From: Orbicella franksi
Taxonomy: Eukaryota
Assembly: GCA_964199315.1 (NCBI GenBank)
Contig: OZ116712.1
Span: 8,680,001 to 8,744,000, forward strand
DNA: 64,000 bases
Direction of reading: 5' to 3'
The notes beneath the pieces were generated by a model, which was given only the letters and a program-made list of their open reading frames with translations, was not told where the DNA came from and made no database searches. The number at the start of each line of letters is the position of its first letter. The first letter of the stretch is position 1. This document shows positions 1 through 13,000 of this stretch, piece by piece. The translations under genes were made by a program, and so were the position numbers.

Positions 1-83
1 AGGTTAAATTAACCTTCGATCAGGCTTTTTTTTTTTTCCCCCTTTCCCCGTTCACTGAAAAACCCCTCCCCATTGCAGGTTAA

Positions 84-317
84 AGGGGCTCAGTCATGGT
101 ATTTTGAGTTATTTTGGCCACATACAAAATTACCTTTAAATGGTAGGAAACCTGAAAAGAACAGTTTAATAAGATAGATAAACACCAAAGACATAATGAT
201 AAACCATAAAGGAACAAGGATGGCTAAGGACCGAGAAGATTAACACGGATTACAAACGACGAATTTGAAAAATTGAGGCTAAACTTTTCAATATGCGCAA
301 ATCCTGACGTAGCTCTT
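84..317. mobile_element. Short non-autonomous DNA element flanked by TTAA (Kolobok-like MITE)
   Basis: TTAA at 80-83 and 318-321; imperfect terminal inverted repeats AGGGGCTCAGTCA / TGACGTAGCTCTT. A second copy lies at 24196..24429 inside the duplication. Confidence 0.5.
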
Positions 318-1483
318 TTAAGTTTAAACACCAACAGAAGGTGGAAAAAAAACAAAAAGGAAAAAAGTCTTTTAGATACAATGCTCCAAAGGTAAGGAAC
401 ATTTTAACAGAAAAACTACGGTCGGCAAGAAACAAAAACTTTTGCAAGACAATTAAGAAATGGGCACTTTGGTAACTAACCAGTTTTGGCTAGTACGTTA
501 TGTAAATGGTTTTTACAACACTTTTTCTGTTTCAAAAGGATTTTTCACTCTTTTAACAGTTAAGATGATTTGTATTTGTCGTTGTTTTTTGATGATGCCT
601 AGCATCTTCTTTTCCTTAGTTTAATATGTATTTTTGCACAAAAATTAACTGTTCTTTTAAACGCTAAAGACACTTAAAAAGTTGGTACTTCAGTGGTTAA
701 AGAAGGTGATATGCATGTTATGTTATAATCAATGAAGATAAGAATGGAAAAGATTAAAAGAACTACAAACAAGGAGCTTAATGAAGAATTTGTGCCTCAT
801 CCTGAAGCTAGAACCTTTATTTTGAAGCTGGAGCTTGTATATTGGATCACCCATATTCTTCTGAAAGCAAAGATTTTCCGAATGTAGCGATATCAAAGAG
901 TTCCTGGGGATTGAAAGCACCTTGCACACTTCTGAGATGCTTTTCAACATGCGCAGTTTTACTAGCTTTGCGTGACGTGTTTAGAGAAGACGGAATACAG
1001 AATTCGTGCCAAAGCAATCCAGATCTGTTGTTTTTTCTTGTATCTCACGTCCTCAAGAAAAAATAGGCAACAAGAGGTTTTCGACACTAGCGAAAAAATA
1101 AAATATGTGTACGGCATCTTGGCACTCTCATTCCTGTATCGTCTCTAGATTCTCGCCACATTTTAACGAAGAATGATTTTGAAAACCTCGTATTTAGAAC
1201 ATATACACTGAACTCCTGCGGCGAACGCGCTTCAAGCCAATATCTGCCTCTTTAATGACAGACCCCGGTGGGTCTCGTAAAGCCATAAATCTACAACCAA
1301 AATTCTTTAGCTATATTTACGCAAAATATTTGCATGCTGTTCAGGCCGGACATTGTACAGGCGGCGGTTACATCAAGGTCATATTACATACGAATCTATC
1401 AATATCAGAATTTCTATTTCAAGACTGAGAAGTCCAGATCAAGGATTCGTACATTGTACACGACTGTCATTTAGTCCGGCATC

Positions 1484-2110
1484 ATGACTGTAAACCGCAT
1501 CATGCTCGTCACATTGTTGCTGTTTCTGGGCGCGTTCCACTTTGCCTCAAGCAAAAGGAGGAAATGTGAAGTGATCAAAATACCTATGTGCAAAAGTATT
1601 GACTACAACCTGACTTATATGCCGAATATGTTCAACCACGACACACAAGAGGAAGCGGCGCTTGAGGTTCATCAGTACTGGCCGCTAGTCGAAATCAAGT
1701 GTTCGCCAGACCTAAAGTTCTTTCTCTGCTCCGTGTATGCTCCAATGTGCCAGCCGAACTCTAAACACGAAGTGCTTCCATGCCGGTCTATCTGCCGACG
1801 AGCAAGAAAAGGCTGTGCGCCTTTACTGCGTAAGTATGGCTTTTCGTGGCCCGAGAAAATGAGATGCAGAAATTTTCCTAAAGACAGGGGCAACGGATTG
1901 TGCTATAATGGCATAGACAGACCTCTGTTGAATCATACTTCGATAACGGAACGACCGACGAATTCATCGTTCAGCCCGGCTTGTAAGAAAATCAATGACG
2001 GAAACCTCGCCATTACTTCAGGTGTCCTAGGCGGCTCATCAAAGCCACCGCCGGCATTTACCTTCATGTTATTGGTAGCCATTGTTGCTGTCGGACAGAT
2101 ACCAGTCTAA
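1484..2110 (+). CDS. Frizzled-5/8-type single-CRD protein: signal peptide + 10-Cys CRD + hydrophobic C-terminal (GPI-like) tail, 208 aa, intronless
   Basis: Hydrophobic N-terminus MLVTLLLFLGAFHFASS; CRD with NHDTQEEAALEVHQYWPLVEIKCSPDLKFFLCS and 10 Cys; no 7TM region; ends AFTFMLLVAIVAVGQIPV*. Confidence 0.9.
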   Translation: MTVNRIMLVTLLLFLGAFHFASSKRRKCEVIKIPMCKSIDYNLTYMPNMFNHDTQEEAALEVHQYWPLVEIKCSPDLKFFLCSVYAPMCQPNSKHEVLPCRSICRRARKGCAPLLRKYGFSWPEKMRCRNFPKDRGNGLCYNGIDRPLLNHTSITERPTNSSFSPACKKINDGNLAITSGVLGGSSKPPPAFTFMLLVAIVAVGQIPV

Positions 2111-2803
2111 AATATTGTGTTATTGTGTTAAAAAAGTGTTACCTGATTCTAATTTAAATATGTCGAAAATTCTGCAATGATATTGGAATTAAAAGAGGAG
2201 CTAGCGGATGCAGCAATATCTCTAAGAGAGTCGGAGACATTTGGCTTTTGTGGTTTTCTTTACTTGAGTTTGCACGTAATCTTTCGGTGAAGATCTGACT
2301 GAGAGGTTACAATTATTTATCTATTGAAGGTATATTCGTGCAAGCGTTTCTATTTCTGATAAAACGTTACAGTTTGGACCTCAGGGCGAAACCGGGCTCC
2401 TCCAGGAAAAAGATGAACAAAATACGTTTTCTTGCTACATTTCTAAATTTAATTTCACCATTTGTTTCAAAAACAAATTCTTAAATCAAGCACCCTGCCC
2501 CAAAATAAGAAACAAGCCCATTGCGTGCGACCAGCTTACGAAACAAATTGTTTTGCCAAGTTGTTTCCGACAGTCGTTTTGGCACGTGATCATGCCTGCT
2601 GGGGCACTGTGCTGAGGCTACATCGTACAGGAACCAGTTTCGTGAAAGCATCTTAAGTCACAAGGGCCTCTTCAAATGCATTTCAGCCTAAGATATAAGT
2701 CTGTCAATTTGGAAAATCTAATGATAAAGCAGGCATCCGCACCAGGCACTTGAAAAATACCCGATGAAATCAGGAAGGGATCATTCTTTCACTTGATATC
2801 GTT

Positions 2804-2989
2804 ATGGCTGTGAAACACAACGTAGTGTTTACAGTCTTGCTGTTTTTGAGTTTGTTCTACTTTGCTTCTAGCAAAGAAAAAAAATGCGAACAGATCAAGA
2901 TACCCATGTGCCAAAGCATTGGCTACAACTTAACTTCTATGCCAAACATGTTCAACCACGACACACAAGAGGAAGCGGCGCTTGAGATT
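2804..2989 (+). pseudogene. 5' part (signal peptide + first half of CRD1) of the five-CRD gene, interrupted by the transposon at 2990
   Basis: MAVKHNVVFTVLLFLSLFYFASSKEKKCEQ...TQEEAALEI breaks exactly at the element TIR. The continuation HQFWPLVEIKC resumes at 20573. Confidence 0.93.
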
Positions 2990-3475
2990 GGGTGTGGACA
3001 AAACCTGGGCCTAGGCCCATGGGCTAGCCCATGGGCCAGCCTATCGGCTACCCTGTGGGCTACCCTATGGGCTACCCCCGTAAATTTTTATTTTTTTTTA
3101 ATTTTTATTTTTTTTAAATTTTTTTTCAGACTGTTGTTATTATTATTAATTATTAATTAATAAATTATAATAAATAATTTATGAAATGAAATACTAGGAA
3201 ATCTTGCGCACGAAAAAAGCATATCTTCAGACGTGAAACGTCTCACAATGCTGAATAAGCCCAAGGTTATCGATATTAAGTTGAAACATCTTCGGATTTT
3301 CCTCGGCAATCTTCGGCAATCTTCGGAAGTCTTCAGAAAACAGTCGGAGATATACGGAAAATCGTCAAAAACCTTGTTATTAGTTGCTTGGAGATATGAA
3401 ATGTATCTTGCACACTCGAAGATAATTTCATATTTCCGCACAACCATGTAATATCCTCTATATATTATCATTAAT
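2990..3475 (+). repeat. Left TIR of the Mutator-like element
   Basis: Reverse complement of 20090..20563. The outer ~190 bp are nearly identical; the inner part is similar, with an ~80-bp left-only and an ~50-bp right-only segment. Confidence 0.88.
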
Positions 3476-3620
3476 TATTATTAATATCAATAATTAATTG
3501 TTATATTGTGAAAAAATACTCGATTTTGATTGTCTAAGAGCAGTGCAATTCAGCTGTAACAAAAAGTGTAACACCAGTGCAAATTACACATCATTCTTCT
3601 GGAATACGTTTGCCTGAAAA

Positions 3621-4120
3621 AACATAGAGGATATTACATGGTTGTGCGGAGATATGAAATTTATCTTCGAGTGTTCAAATCGATATCTCACGAGTGAGCG
3701 CAGCGAACAAGTGGGATATCGATTTGAACACGAGAAGATAAATTTCATATCTCCAAGCAACCATGTAATATTCTGTTTATTATATAAACCTACTAATTAT
3801 GTTTTTGACGATTTTCCGAAGATTTCCGAAGATTCTCAAAATGTTGCCCGAAGGTCGTACGAATATTTCCGAACATTTTCCGAACTTCTCCGAAGATATC
3901 CGAAGATTGCCGAAGATTGCCAAAGATTGCCGAGGAAGATCCGAAGATGTTTCGACTTAATATCGACTTTCTTTGGCTCATTCAGCATTGAAACAGGGCA
4001 AACTTGTCAGAAAATGTTTCGAAATCGATATCTTCACTTGTGAAAATAACATGTTATTTTCACGTGTGAAAGATGACTTTCGCGCAAAAGATTTCCTGGT
4101 ATTTCACTGATGTTTATATA
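3621..4120 (+). repeat. Interspersed non-autonomous repeat (AGAGGATATTACATGG... family)
   Basis: The same sequence recurs at 3262..3470 (inverted), 16526..16625 (partial) and 20100..20370. It contains a CCGAAGAT-like subrepeat tract. Confidence 0.75.
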
Positions 4121-4877
4121 ATAAAACGGGAAATTTCCTAACGTCAACATTGTCAATTGACAGCTGTCAAAACAAGGTATCCGCTGACCAGTATCACATG
4201 ACCATATCGCGGTCTTAGCTGTGCACCTCATCCAGTTCATGTGTCTTTTTAAGCTGACTGCTGACCAAGTTACTTTTGCCATTGAATCGCGGGCTCAACA
4301 TTTTTCATGTTTATATTACTAATAAGTAATCATACATACGGTTTTTTTCGTTCAATTTGAATTAATTTGCACTTGTGAGTTTTTCAAAAAGCTGCAATTG
4401 GGTGTTTACCTATACTAACGTATGTAAATACTTATTACGAATACTAATTTATTTACTCCTACCTCCTCTCTAGCTCGTCACGCAATCTTTCGTTCCCAGG
4501 GATAAGCCTATCAGTCAAAGAACTACTTAAAAGATTGCGGTATGAGCCGAAAGAACGCCTGTTCAGAAACCAAAAATTAATTAATGGCACAACGCCAAAC
4601 AGTATAATTTTCTGATGGGTGATACAAAATAGCTCTGGCTGCCGAGGACAATTTGCCAGTTTTGTACGCTTTTGTTGTTATTGGATATCCTTTTGCATGT
4701 GAGAAGTGGTCTGAATCTAAAAAAAAGGCGACGTGGAGGCAGCAGCAAGTGACGGTTTTCATGTGACGTCTTTAAATCCTAAACTGCAAATTCGAAAGGT
4801 CCCTGAGCTTTCAGTTTTTTTTTGGTATTAGATGACCTAAATAGTCGTATTTGTGAAATTTGTTTCTAACATACAGC

Positions 4878-4930
4878 AGTCGCGGAGGGTCGTGGGTTCA
4901 AATGTCATCTTGGACTCGAATTTTTTCTAA
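4878..4930 (+). mobile_element. tRNA-derived SINE fragment
   Basis: B-box-like GTGGGTTCAAAT followed by GGACTCGAATTTTTT. Confidence 0.35.
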
Positions 4931-5521
4931 GTTTCCTTCGATGCCATTTTATAGCTTGTTGCAGTTTGAATGTCTGATTTTTGTGCATTGACGTCACGTT
5001 TTTCTCGCGTGCTGCAGAAACCATTGCAGGTTCAAAGATTAGTCTACCACGTGCACGTAGCGGTTACTTTTGTAGTCACGCTAAGCTCCTCTCGCCCACC
5101 CGCACACACCATCGAGTGTTAGGAGACGACAACCGCCTCCCTTCCCAACCCACCCCTCCCCTCTTATCCCATCCCGTCAAGCCCCTGTTTTGATTTGGTG
5201 TCAAGTTCGCTCGTGACTCTTATCTCGCTTTATATGCATAATATCTGCTATGCTGCAAAATTTGGCGCTTTTGCAAATCTATAACGATTTGTAACACACA
5301 AGAAACTGATGCTGCTACCACCAAAGCAACACTCACCAAGAGCCAGACGCATGTAAACTCAAAAGCATATATAATGTAAAAGTCATTACATATTAATCTG
5401 ATCAACTTTTCTTGTGACATTTTTAAGTAAGGTAAAGTCTACGAAACTAAAATAACTGACAAACAATTTAAAAAATAAAATGCTGACAACTGCCGACATC
5501 TGAAGAGTACCATAAACACAG

Positions 5522-8500
5522 CTAATAAAGTCTTTGCTGTAAAAGTTTGATTTCGTCACTTTCTAAACTGCATTGAATGCTCACTTTGCTAGGGTCGAAG
5601 TGAGGATTCCTTGCTTTTATACAATTGGCATAAACGTGGTAATGCTTATTTTCGAAAGTCTTCTTGTACTTTCCTTGGCTTTCGATCCAGACGAAATCAT
5701 GCTCCTTGTGTCGGATGCAATACTGCTCATCAATTTCTCCCCGGGTGAAGTGGTCTGGCCCATCCCTGATGTTACCATTGCATCCCGCGGCACACTTTTT
5801 GATCCGAGAACTGAGTTCGATCAGTTCAAACGGAGTAGTGATCGTTGGCCGTACAGCGGGCTTTGCCGGTTTGCTGTTCTTTCGAATGGTTATGCGAAGG
5901 GGGTTGGAAGACGCTTCAGCTGTATACTGCTGGGATGTTACTTCTTCTCCCAGGGTCTTTGCATTTGTGTTCTGTTTTGCCTTACTGGAAGTCATGACGT
6001 CGGGTGACTTGTTGCGACGCTTTCGTGTGGGCTTTTTAGCGCCCGCATTCTTGTTCACCGCAAATGTTGTCAATGCAGTCAAGTTGTCTTTCTTTTCTTG
6101 ATTTCTGTACCATTTGAAATACCCTGAAACGTTTTTGTTACGCACTGCTACTGCCATTGTGTGGGCACAAAGTTTTCTGGCCTTGAAGCCCAAGCAGTTG
6201 CTATCACATAGGTATCCAGAGTTAGCAACTGCTTTCACTGTGTGGGGCGTTTGCGAGGACTGACTTCTCACCAGAAAACAATTTTGCTCAAAACCCTCAC
6301 GAACACCCTTTTCCTGGCAAAGCCTCTGTACTTTTTCGGTGAGCAATTTTAAATCTTTCTCCGCGAAAAAATCGGAGAGAGCGTGTAAGTCGATGGTATA
6401 ATTTTTGTTGAGCTGAGTTTGGGGCGGGGCAGGGCGGTGGCTGTAGACTTTCTTGAAATTTACTGGATCGACCACAACCTTTAAATTGCTGGAGGCGAGA
6501 TCGCGAGTACCAGGTTGTTCGTCAAAGAAATTAGAATTGTCTTTGACGGAGTTTTGATATTCGGGCCTTAAGATATACGGACTAGAAAGCCCCAGCAAAG
6601 TCCGCTGAACATCACGGCGCTGTTTCTCAATAAGCCCTTTCAAATCGTCAACGAAAGTGGCCATGTCAGTGGCTACGAAGTCCTGCCAACGTTTAACAAA
6701 CGCGTTTGCAGATTCCGGGATGTTGTTTGTCTGCACTTCGTCTCCAAACCCAGCATTGCTTGATGCTTTGGCGCTGACATGATTCCATATTTCGTCTGCC
6801 TTATATCGCCTGAAATACTTTGAAAAACAAGGCTCATCAGGTGATTCTGAAAATTCCTGTTCGTCCCATTTCTTAGTTAAAACATCCAACGTTGAGTTGT
6901 ATTCTTCATAAGAACTGGCAAAAACCAAGCCACCACTGCCAAAAATATCATTTATGATATCATTCGTGAATGATTGTGACAATCGCAGTTTGCGACATTT
7001 GTCCTCGATGTTTCTTTGAGCGTGAACTTTACACAACAATGACACCGAACTTGGGAAAACTTGGGCTAGAGCTTGTCGCAGCGCTTCTTCTGAATCAGTG
7101 CAATAACCCTTTAGGCTGACTTGCAAGCCAGGTACTTGAGCGGAGAGCTTTTGAAACAAGGTCAGGTACGTAGATTTATCTTTTAACATACACAACATTA
7201 CAGGGCCAAGCATCACTGGGCAGGTTGGTGGATTACTGCGTTTCGTAAATAGAGTTGTGTTCGATATGTTGTGACCAAAACAAAAAAAGGTCCGAGTTTA
7301 AAAGTGACATCTACGTACAACATAGACGTGTGTCCGTCAACCTCGTTACAGCAGAAGTTTACAATGTCTTCAACCTGTTCATCGCTAAACAAAATAACTT
7401 TGGGCGATTCATTGTCAAGGCTGTAACACCTAACAAATTTTTTTTCTTCCGTTTTCATTTTCTCAGTGATCGCCAAAATGGGATCAGCAATACGTCCTCT
7501 AGCGTCCTTTGATTTCAGATATTTTGCCTGTCTTTCATTTCTTGGTAAAGCTCCGATGGAATTACAGTTTTCAAGGTCTCCAACTTCGGTTTCGACCTCG
7601 TGGACAGCTCTCTTTAGGCCTTTGCCTTTTTCCTTCGCAGATTTTTCTAGACGGTTGCGTGTACTCTTATAAGTTCTTAAATAGGGGATACTGCACGATT
7701 TCTCGTTGCCGTGTTGCTTGACCTTTACCTCATGCTCAGGTGCACCAACGAATTCGTATTTGACGAAAACAATGTTGTGATGTTTCCCATCTGGATGGGT
7801 CACATCAACGATTGTTTTGTGCAGACTTCTGTCACTAGCATTGACAAATGGCCGGCGGCACACTAATAAGGCATCGGAGTTGTCTCCAACTTTAACCACT
7901 TTCTCCACTTTTCCTGTCTTATCGCATCTTGTGTCGTACCACTTTTTTTTGGTCTTGGTTTGAACCCAAGAGCCAAGATCGTCCGACAGCAAGTCTTCAC
8001 CGTGTTCGAGCGCATCAAGATTAATCAAAAATCGGACGTTGTGCTTAATTCCAACGGGATTTGAGGTTGCAATATATTCCTTGTAATATTGCTCAGCGTT
8101 AAGCAAAAGCGGAACAACTGAATCATTAGACCCAGTCTTGTCGAGGAGACTGTTTGGTAAACTCGGTAGCGATTTTCTGCCCAAGTAAAATCTGACATTC
8201 TCTGATTTAGAGACTTCACTTTTAATGCTGTGGAGTGAAACAAAAAAGAAAAAATGAATGGTGTATATTGAGTATACTTTTTCAGTATTAATCTACTATT
8301 AATATACATCCAGAAATTTCTCGAATCTGATTGGCTTAGAGAAATGCAGTCTTTAGTAAATTCAATGCAGAAATGAGGAAATTCAGTGCAAAAAACAAAC
8401 GCGGCATCCTGATTGGTTAATAAACAAAGGCAGCCACAGGGGGCCAATCAAACTCTATAGTCTGACACTGATAGAAAACAGTTATCAAAGCTACTGAGCT

Positions 8501-8836
8501 CGTCGTCTAGTAAAAAAAATGTTTACCTGTTTTCTTCAACGTCAACATTTTCTTCCGATTGGCCACTTTCCGACATCTGCAGCTGACCTTTGGGTAGATT
8601 TTTATCTGTAACAGTTTCTGTACTAAAAAGGAAAAGGGCAATAAATAAATATAACAGCTACAATCGAGGTAGGCAATGACCTATGAATGACTTTTTCTGA
8701 TGGTTTTATCAGTCAATGAACTCACAGCTTTTCCGCGTCAGATCCCTCTTCAGTATCATCTTCATCTGCATCTACGATCACATTGCCCTTGGGTGTGGCC
8801 TCTCCCTGTCTCTCCTTGTATTTACGCTGTTTGGAA
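5522..8836 (-). pseudogene. MULE (Mutator) DDE transposase with SWIM zinc finger, spliced, single -1 frameshift near 7260
   Basis: Motifs LYVDVTF...GPVMLC...YCTDSEEAL...LLCKVH and SWIM-like CDSNCLGFKARKLCAH. Adding one base after TAT-CGA gives a continuous YRNTTLFTKRSNPPTCPVMLGP. Phase-compatible GT-AG exons at 8836..8726, 8622..8527 and 8191..5522; candidate further exons at 9350..9322 and 9592..9503. Confidence 0.85.
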
Positions 8837-8958
8837 CTGCAGATAAATTGAAATTTTTATAACACTCTCTTCAGTTAATTTCCATTACACATTTTGAAAT
8901 CCCACACATTTCAACTCGTAATTCAATTTCGTGGATGATAAAAGCAAATTCATATTAA

Positions 8959-9253
8959 CCCACGGGACGTACAAGCGGGGATGCTATCTGGCCATGGGGA
9001 TGCTACCCCCCCCCCTGAAGTTTTTCGAAGTTTTGAAATAGGATTAAAGACTGGCGCATCCAAGATGGCAGCTGTAATGACGTCATGTGGCGTCATATGA
9101 CGTCAAAACCAACAAAAAATTACGTCCCAATAGACGTGCTACTGTGCCCTAAAAGAGGTAAAACCTTATGAAAACCCTATGAGCGGGGGGGGGGGGCCCT
9201 CCACTCTCCTCCTGTACGACGTGGGAGTATGGATTTGCTTGTACGTCCGAGGG
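8959..9253. mobile_element. piggyBac-type MITE in an intron of the MULE gene
   Basis: TTAA at 8955-8958 and 9254-9257; TIRs CCCACGGGACGTACAAGC / GCTTGTACGTCCGAGGG. Confidence 0.75.
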
Positions 9254-10025
9254 TTAATGTCTGAAGCCACTGACATGAAAGTAATTTAAATAGATGAGAC
9301 CTTAGTTTCTATAAAACTTACATCGATGCAGCGTCAGAAGAGCCTTGTCCCTAAGAGGTAAAAGATAAAATAAATATAAATGGGATAATTCTTACGAAGA
9401 GCACAATCGTTCAGTAATTTTATAACATCCATGTTATGGTCACTAGATAGCAGTCGAAACAAGGTATCATCAAACTGGCGTCACTCAAACTCCAAAGGCT
9501 ACCTTAATTTTGCTAGGACCTCCTCTTGAACTCTCCTTGCGTCTCACTCTGCTTTCTGTGTAAGCTGAGATCCGGCTCAGATTTATCGCATGCTGAAAAT
9601 GGATACAATTATAGCATGGTTATACTGACAATTCGGCTAATCAACATACAAACGGAATACCATGTTGGAGTTCTAGCAGTTGCACTCTTATAAGGCGTTT
9701 CCATACTGTGCTCTCTAAGTTTCTGTGAATTATTTTGACGGATAACTCGAGTACGGAATAACGTACAGACCTGACGCTTGGACAAGTTGTTTATATATTC
9801 ATTTTCTACAACCTGTAATAGTTGACTTAATAGTTTTAGATTTATTTTTTTCTCGGCGTGACGTTGGCGTGACAGTGAAACCCACCTATTGGCATGATGC
9901 ATCTTAGCCTTAGCCTTAGGAATCGATAGAGAACAGGAACTGTGATTTGCCAGTCCAAGAGTACACTTAATTCATCAAATGAACCATTCCAAAACAAACG
10001 GACACGCACACAAAAGCCCCTGGAT

Positions 10026-13000
10026 TAGTCAGGGAGCATATGTAATCCCATGGGATTTTTATGGTGAAAGCAAACCACCTACCCAGATGTTTTAAGGGGA
10101 CCCTAAGGAACACAAAAACTGTTGTCGGCAATTTTGTAACCTGCACCGGCGGCTGCTCTGGGGGGTCTATTTTTAGACCCATATGGCTCAACATGGAATC
10201 GAGGCTCGAACATAAAATGGCGTGTAAATACAATTAACTACAATAAATTTCCACAAAATTACCAGGAATCTTTAATATAGTCTATCTAATACACATTCAT
10301 AGACTTAAGTAGTAAATACTGATCACGTGATCAACACTGCACGAAAGCGAGGCTGGTCGTTTGTTGTCTTCAAATAAGCATTAAAAGCATATTTCTTTTT
10401 CTCGAGTTGTTGAGAAAAATGACTACAACAAGTGAACTACATGATATTTTTTGTTCACGTGAATTAAACTACATTTGAATAGGTTTTGTTCACGTAAGAC
10501 GACATGAAAGTGAGGCTGAGCTCCTCGGCACTTGTTAGGCCTGTTCTAAGCGTCGAGCCAACGTCGTGCTGAACCAAATTCCTTTCCGAAAATTAGGGCT
10601 TTCGGTGCGAAGAAGAAATACAACTAGATGAAAACAGAACTAACCAAATTGGCGTTTAGAACCACTGCCGTGCTAGCGTCGCGCTATCATAAAACCAAAT
10701 GGAATTAGGTTCGGCACGACTTTGGCTCGACGTTTAGACCAGGCCTTATATCAGCTATTCGATATGTTAGCGATAATTAAGGTTGCTCCGAGGGCGTAAT
10801 GTTAACCATAGCAGGTTTACAGGTATATATAATTATTACTACCCAGAACCTAGTCAGGCTTTTGGCGATAATAACTGCTTTAAAAATAACACAACTGAGC
10901 CCATAATGCATTGCAGTCTACAGAACATAGATGTCAGGTAAGAATCATTCATCATCCTCGTCTTCCTTGTTGTCATCGTCCTGCTCATCCGATGTTTCAT
11001 CATCACAGCTATCATTCTCAATCATATCGACATTGTCACACGCTTCCCCTGTCTCGTCATTGCTGCAGCTGCATAGATCTGTGCAAGTGAAACCCGCCCT
11101 TCGACAGCTGCACCTGTTGTTTCTGCATTTGTCCTTCCCACAGCCACACTTGACAAGATAAAGAACAGCGTCGGGTGCCGGCTGCAGTTTCGTCATCACC
11201 GGCATCCATTTGTCTGAAATATAAAAGAATAAGGCAATGCATTAAAGTCATCTCGATCTGCAGTGTCGAACTTGAGAGTCTATTACTATATCAACTGTTA
11301 ATTTATAATAACCTTTGTCCTTTTTCCATCCATAGTTCTCTGGTGATGGAAGGTCTGGATTAGGGACTTTGTCATTGGCCCAGATGATGGCTTGGTAATG
11401 CGCTCGCTTAATGGCCTCTCGGAGAGCAGCTTGTGTAGGCGGTAGTCGTTCTGACTCGGCCTGTTTTCTTCGAAAGAGGAGCCACCTTAGATCTTTCAGG
11501 CTGGATATCTTAGTCTTGGGCAGGTAAAGTTGGCACACTAGCTTCTCTATTGCATAGAACATGCCCACTGTGGGAACGACGGTAGAGCCGAGATCTGCAA
11601 GTGCAGTGACACATTCTTCATCAGCTTCAAGAAACGCTTTCCAGCATTCCAGCTTTCCTTTAAATGCAAAGTTTCCAGTGACATCAGCTCCGCTCCAGGC
11701 ATGAAAGCCAGGTAGTGCTGCCGTTCTAGCTGCTCCTAAAGCGCGGACAATTGGACAAAGCTGGATAGTTCGGTGGCGCTGTCCTCTTCCAGTGACGAAT
11801 GAAGTGTCCGCACATAGCTCCGGGTAACGTCTAAGGGCTAGTACAAACACGTCAGTGTCCGGTGAAAAGATCTTGATACTCGTAGCTCCTGATGTGGTGG
11901 CATCTACTGCATGTAGCAGTATTTTGGTATCTGCCTCCTCTTGGTCGCTATCGAGGTACGCCATATCCTTGTGTGTTGCCCTACACTTACTGCTCCATGC
12001 AACCACCACGTGCAAACCATTCTGACGCCCCTTCTCTAGAGTCTTGCTGGCAAGATATTGCGTCAGTTCATCCTTGGTGCTGACATGTGCCAAAAGTCTC
12101 TTCATCGGTACCTGCATAAGAAAGGGTGTACTAGTTTTAGTGTCTTTACCTCTATATCTGGCCCTATTCTTCTTGCAGTACATTATATATAGGATCATTG
12201 CTTTTGTATGAAAAACCGTTAATAGTATACCTTGGAAATCTGAGTGGTGTCAGTAATCTTGTAGCTGATAGGTTCCAAGCATCCCTGACGAAATTCGCGA
12301 GTTGCGGTCTTTAAAGACAATGGTACATCATACCTAAAAGCAGAATAACGTGCCCACTAATGTAAGTAATTATATCTAATATAAACACAAAGGTTACAAG
12401 GTAAATATCAGCGGGAGTGACAAACCTGTCGAAAATAAGACGAATTTCATCTGCCTCCTTGTACTTGTCGAAGATCGTCACAGTGAAATGATTGGCCAGA
12501 TCCGAGCAGGTCTTGATCCAATCCGGTTTTTCCAGTGCTTGTACTTCGGCCATACCATCTACAATGGAAACCTTGATCTGCACATCTGCATTAGCGAACT
12601 GGTCAGTGGGTTCAGCCTGCGCAACTGATCTGTCACTTGGCAGCTTCTCTAGAATACTCATCAAGGCGCTCTTTGCGGAACAGTGCAGCATATTGCCATC
12701 GGCGGCAAACATTGATCGTGGAACTACCGAGAACTCGTACGCTCCCACTGCCTCTTTGATGTCTATCTCTGGACGGGACTTGCAGATTACCATCATCCGC
12801 GCGAAGAGACATCGATCTTCCTTTAGCTCGATGATCTTATCCTTTGTAGCCACCCTAACTGTTTTCCCAGTAGTCTTCCACGTTAGGAGCTTGCGCTTCT
12901 TCATCACGTCCCAGATGCTCTTCTCGGCTGTCTGTATCCGTTCCTTAACGAATGTTCCGAACAGCTTGTTACCAATGACGCTTTGATCGCAGAGATCTTT

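Larger units (their letters stand above)
1..2120 (+). repeat. Segmental duplication copy A (pairs with 24114..26234); probably extends left of the window
   Basis: Colinear and near-identical to 24114..26234 at an offset of ~24113-24114, including the upstream non-coding DNA and the CRD gene. Similarity ends just after the stop codon. Confidence 0.95.

Noticed and set aside
729-1100. Coding-looking segments upstream of the single-CRD genes
   Set aside because: Interrupted by stops in all frames with no identifiable domain; their recurrence at ~24.8-25.2 kb is explained by the duplication.
2990-3160. Hydrophobic tail of the 118-aa ORF (and mirror ORF 20393..20578) as a membrane anchor
   Set aside because: It is read-through into the T-rich TIR; the same peptide appears from the opposite TIR.
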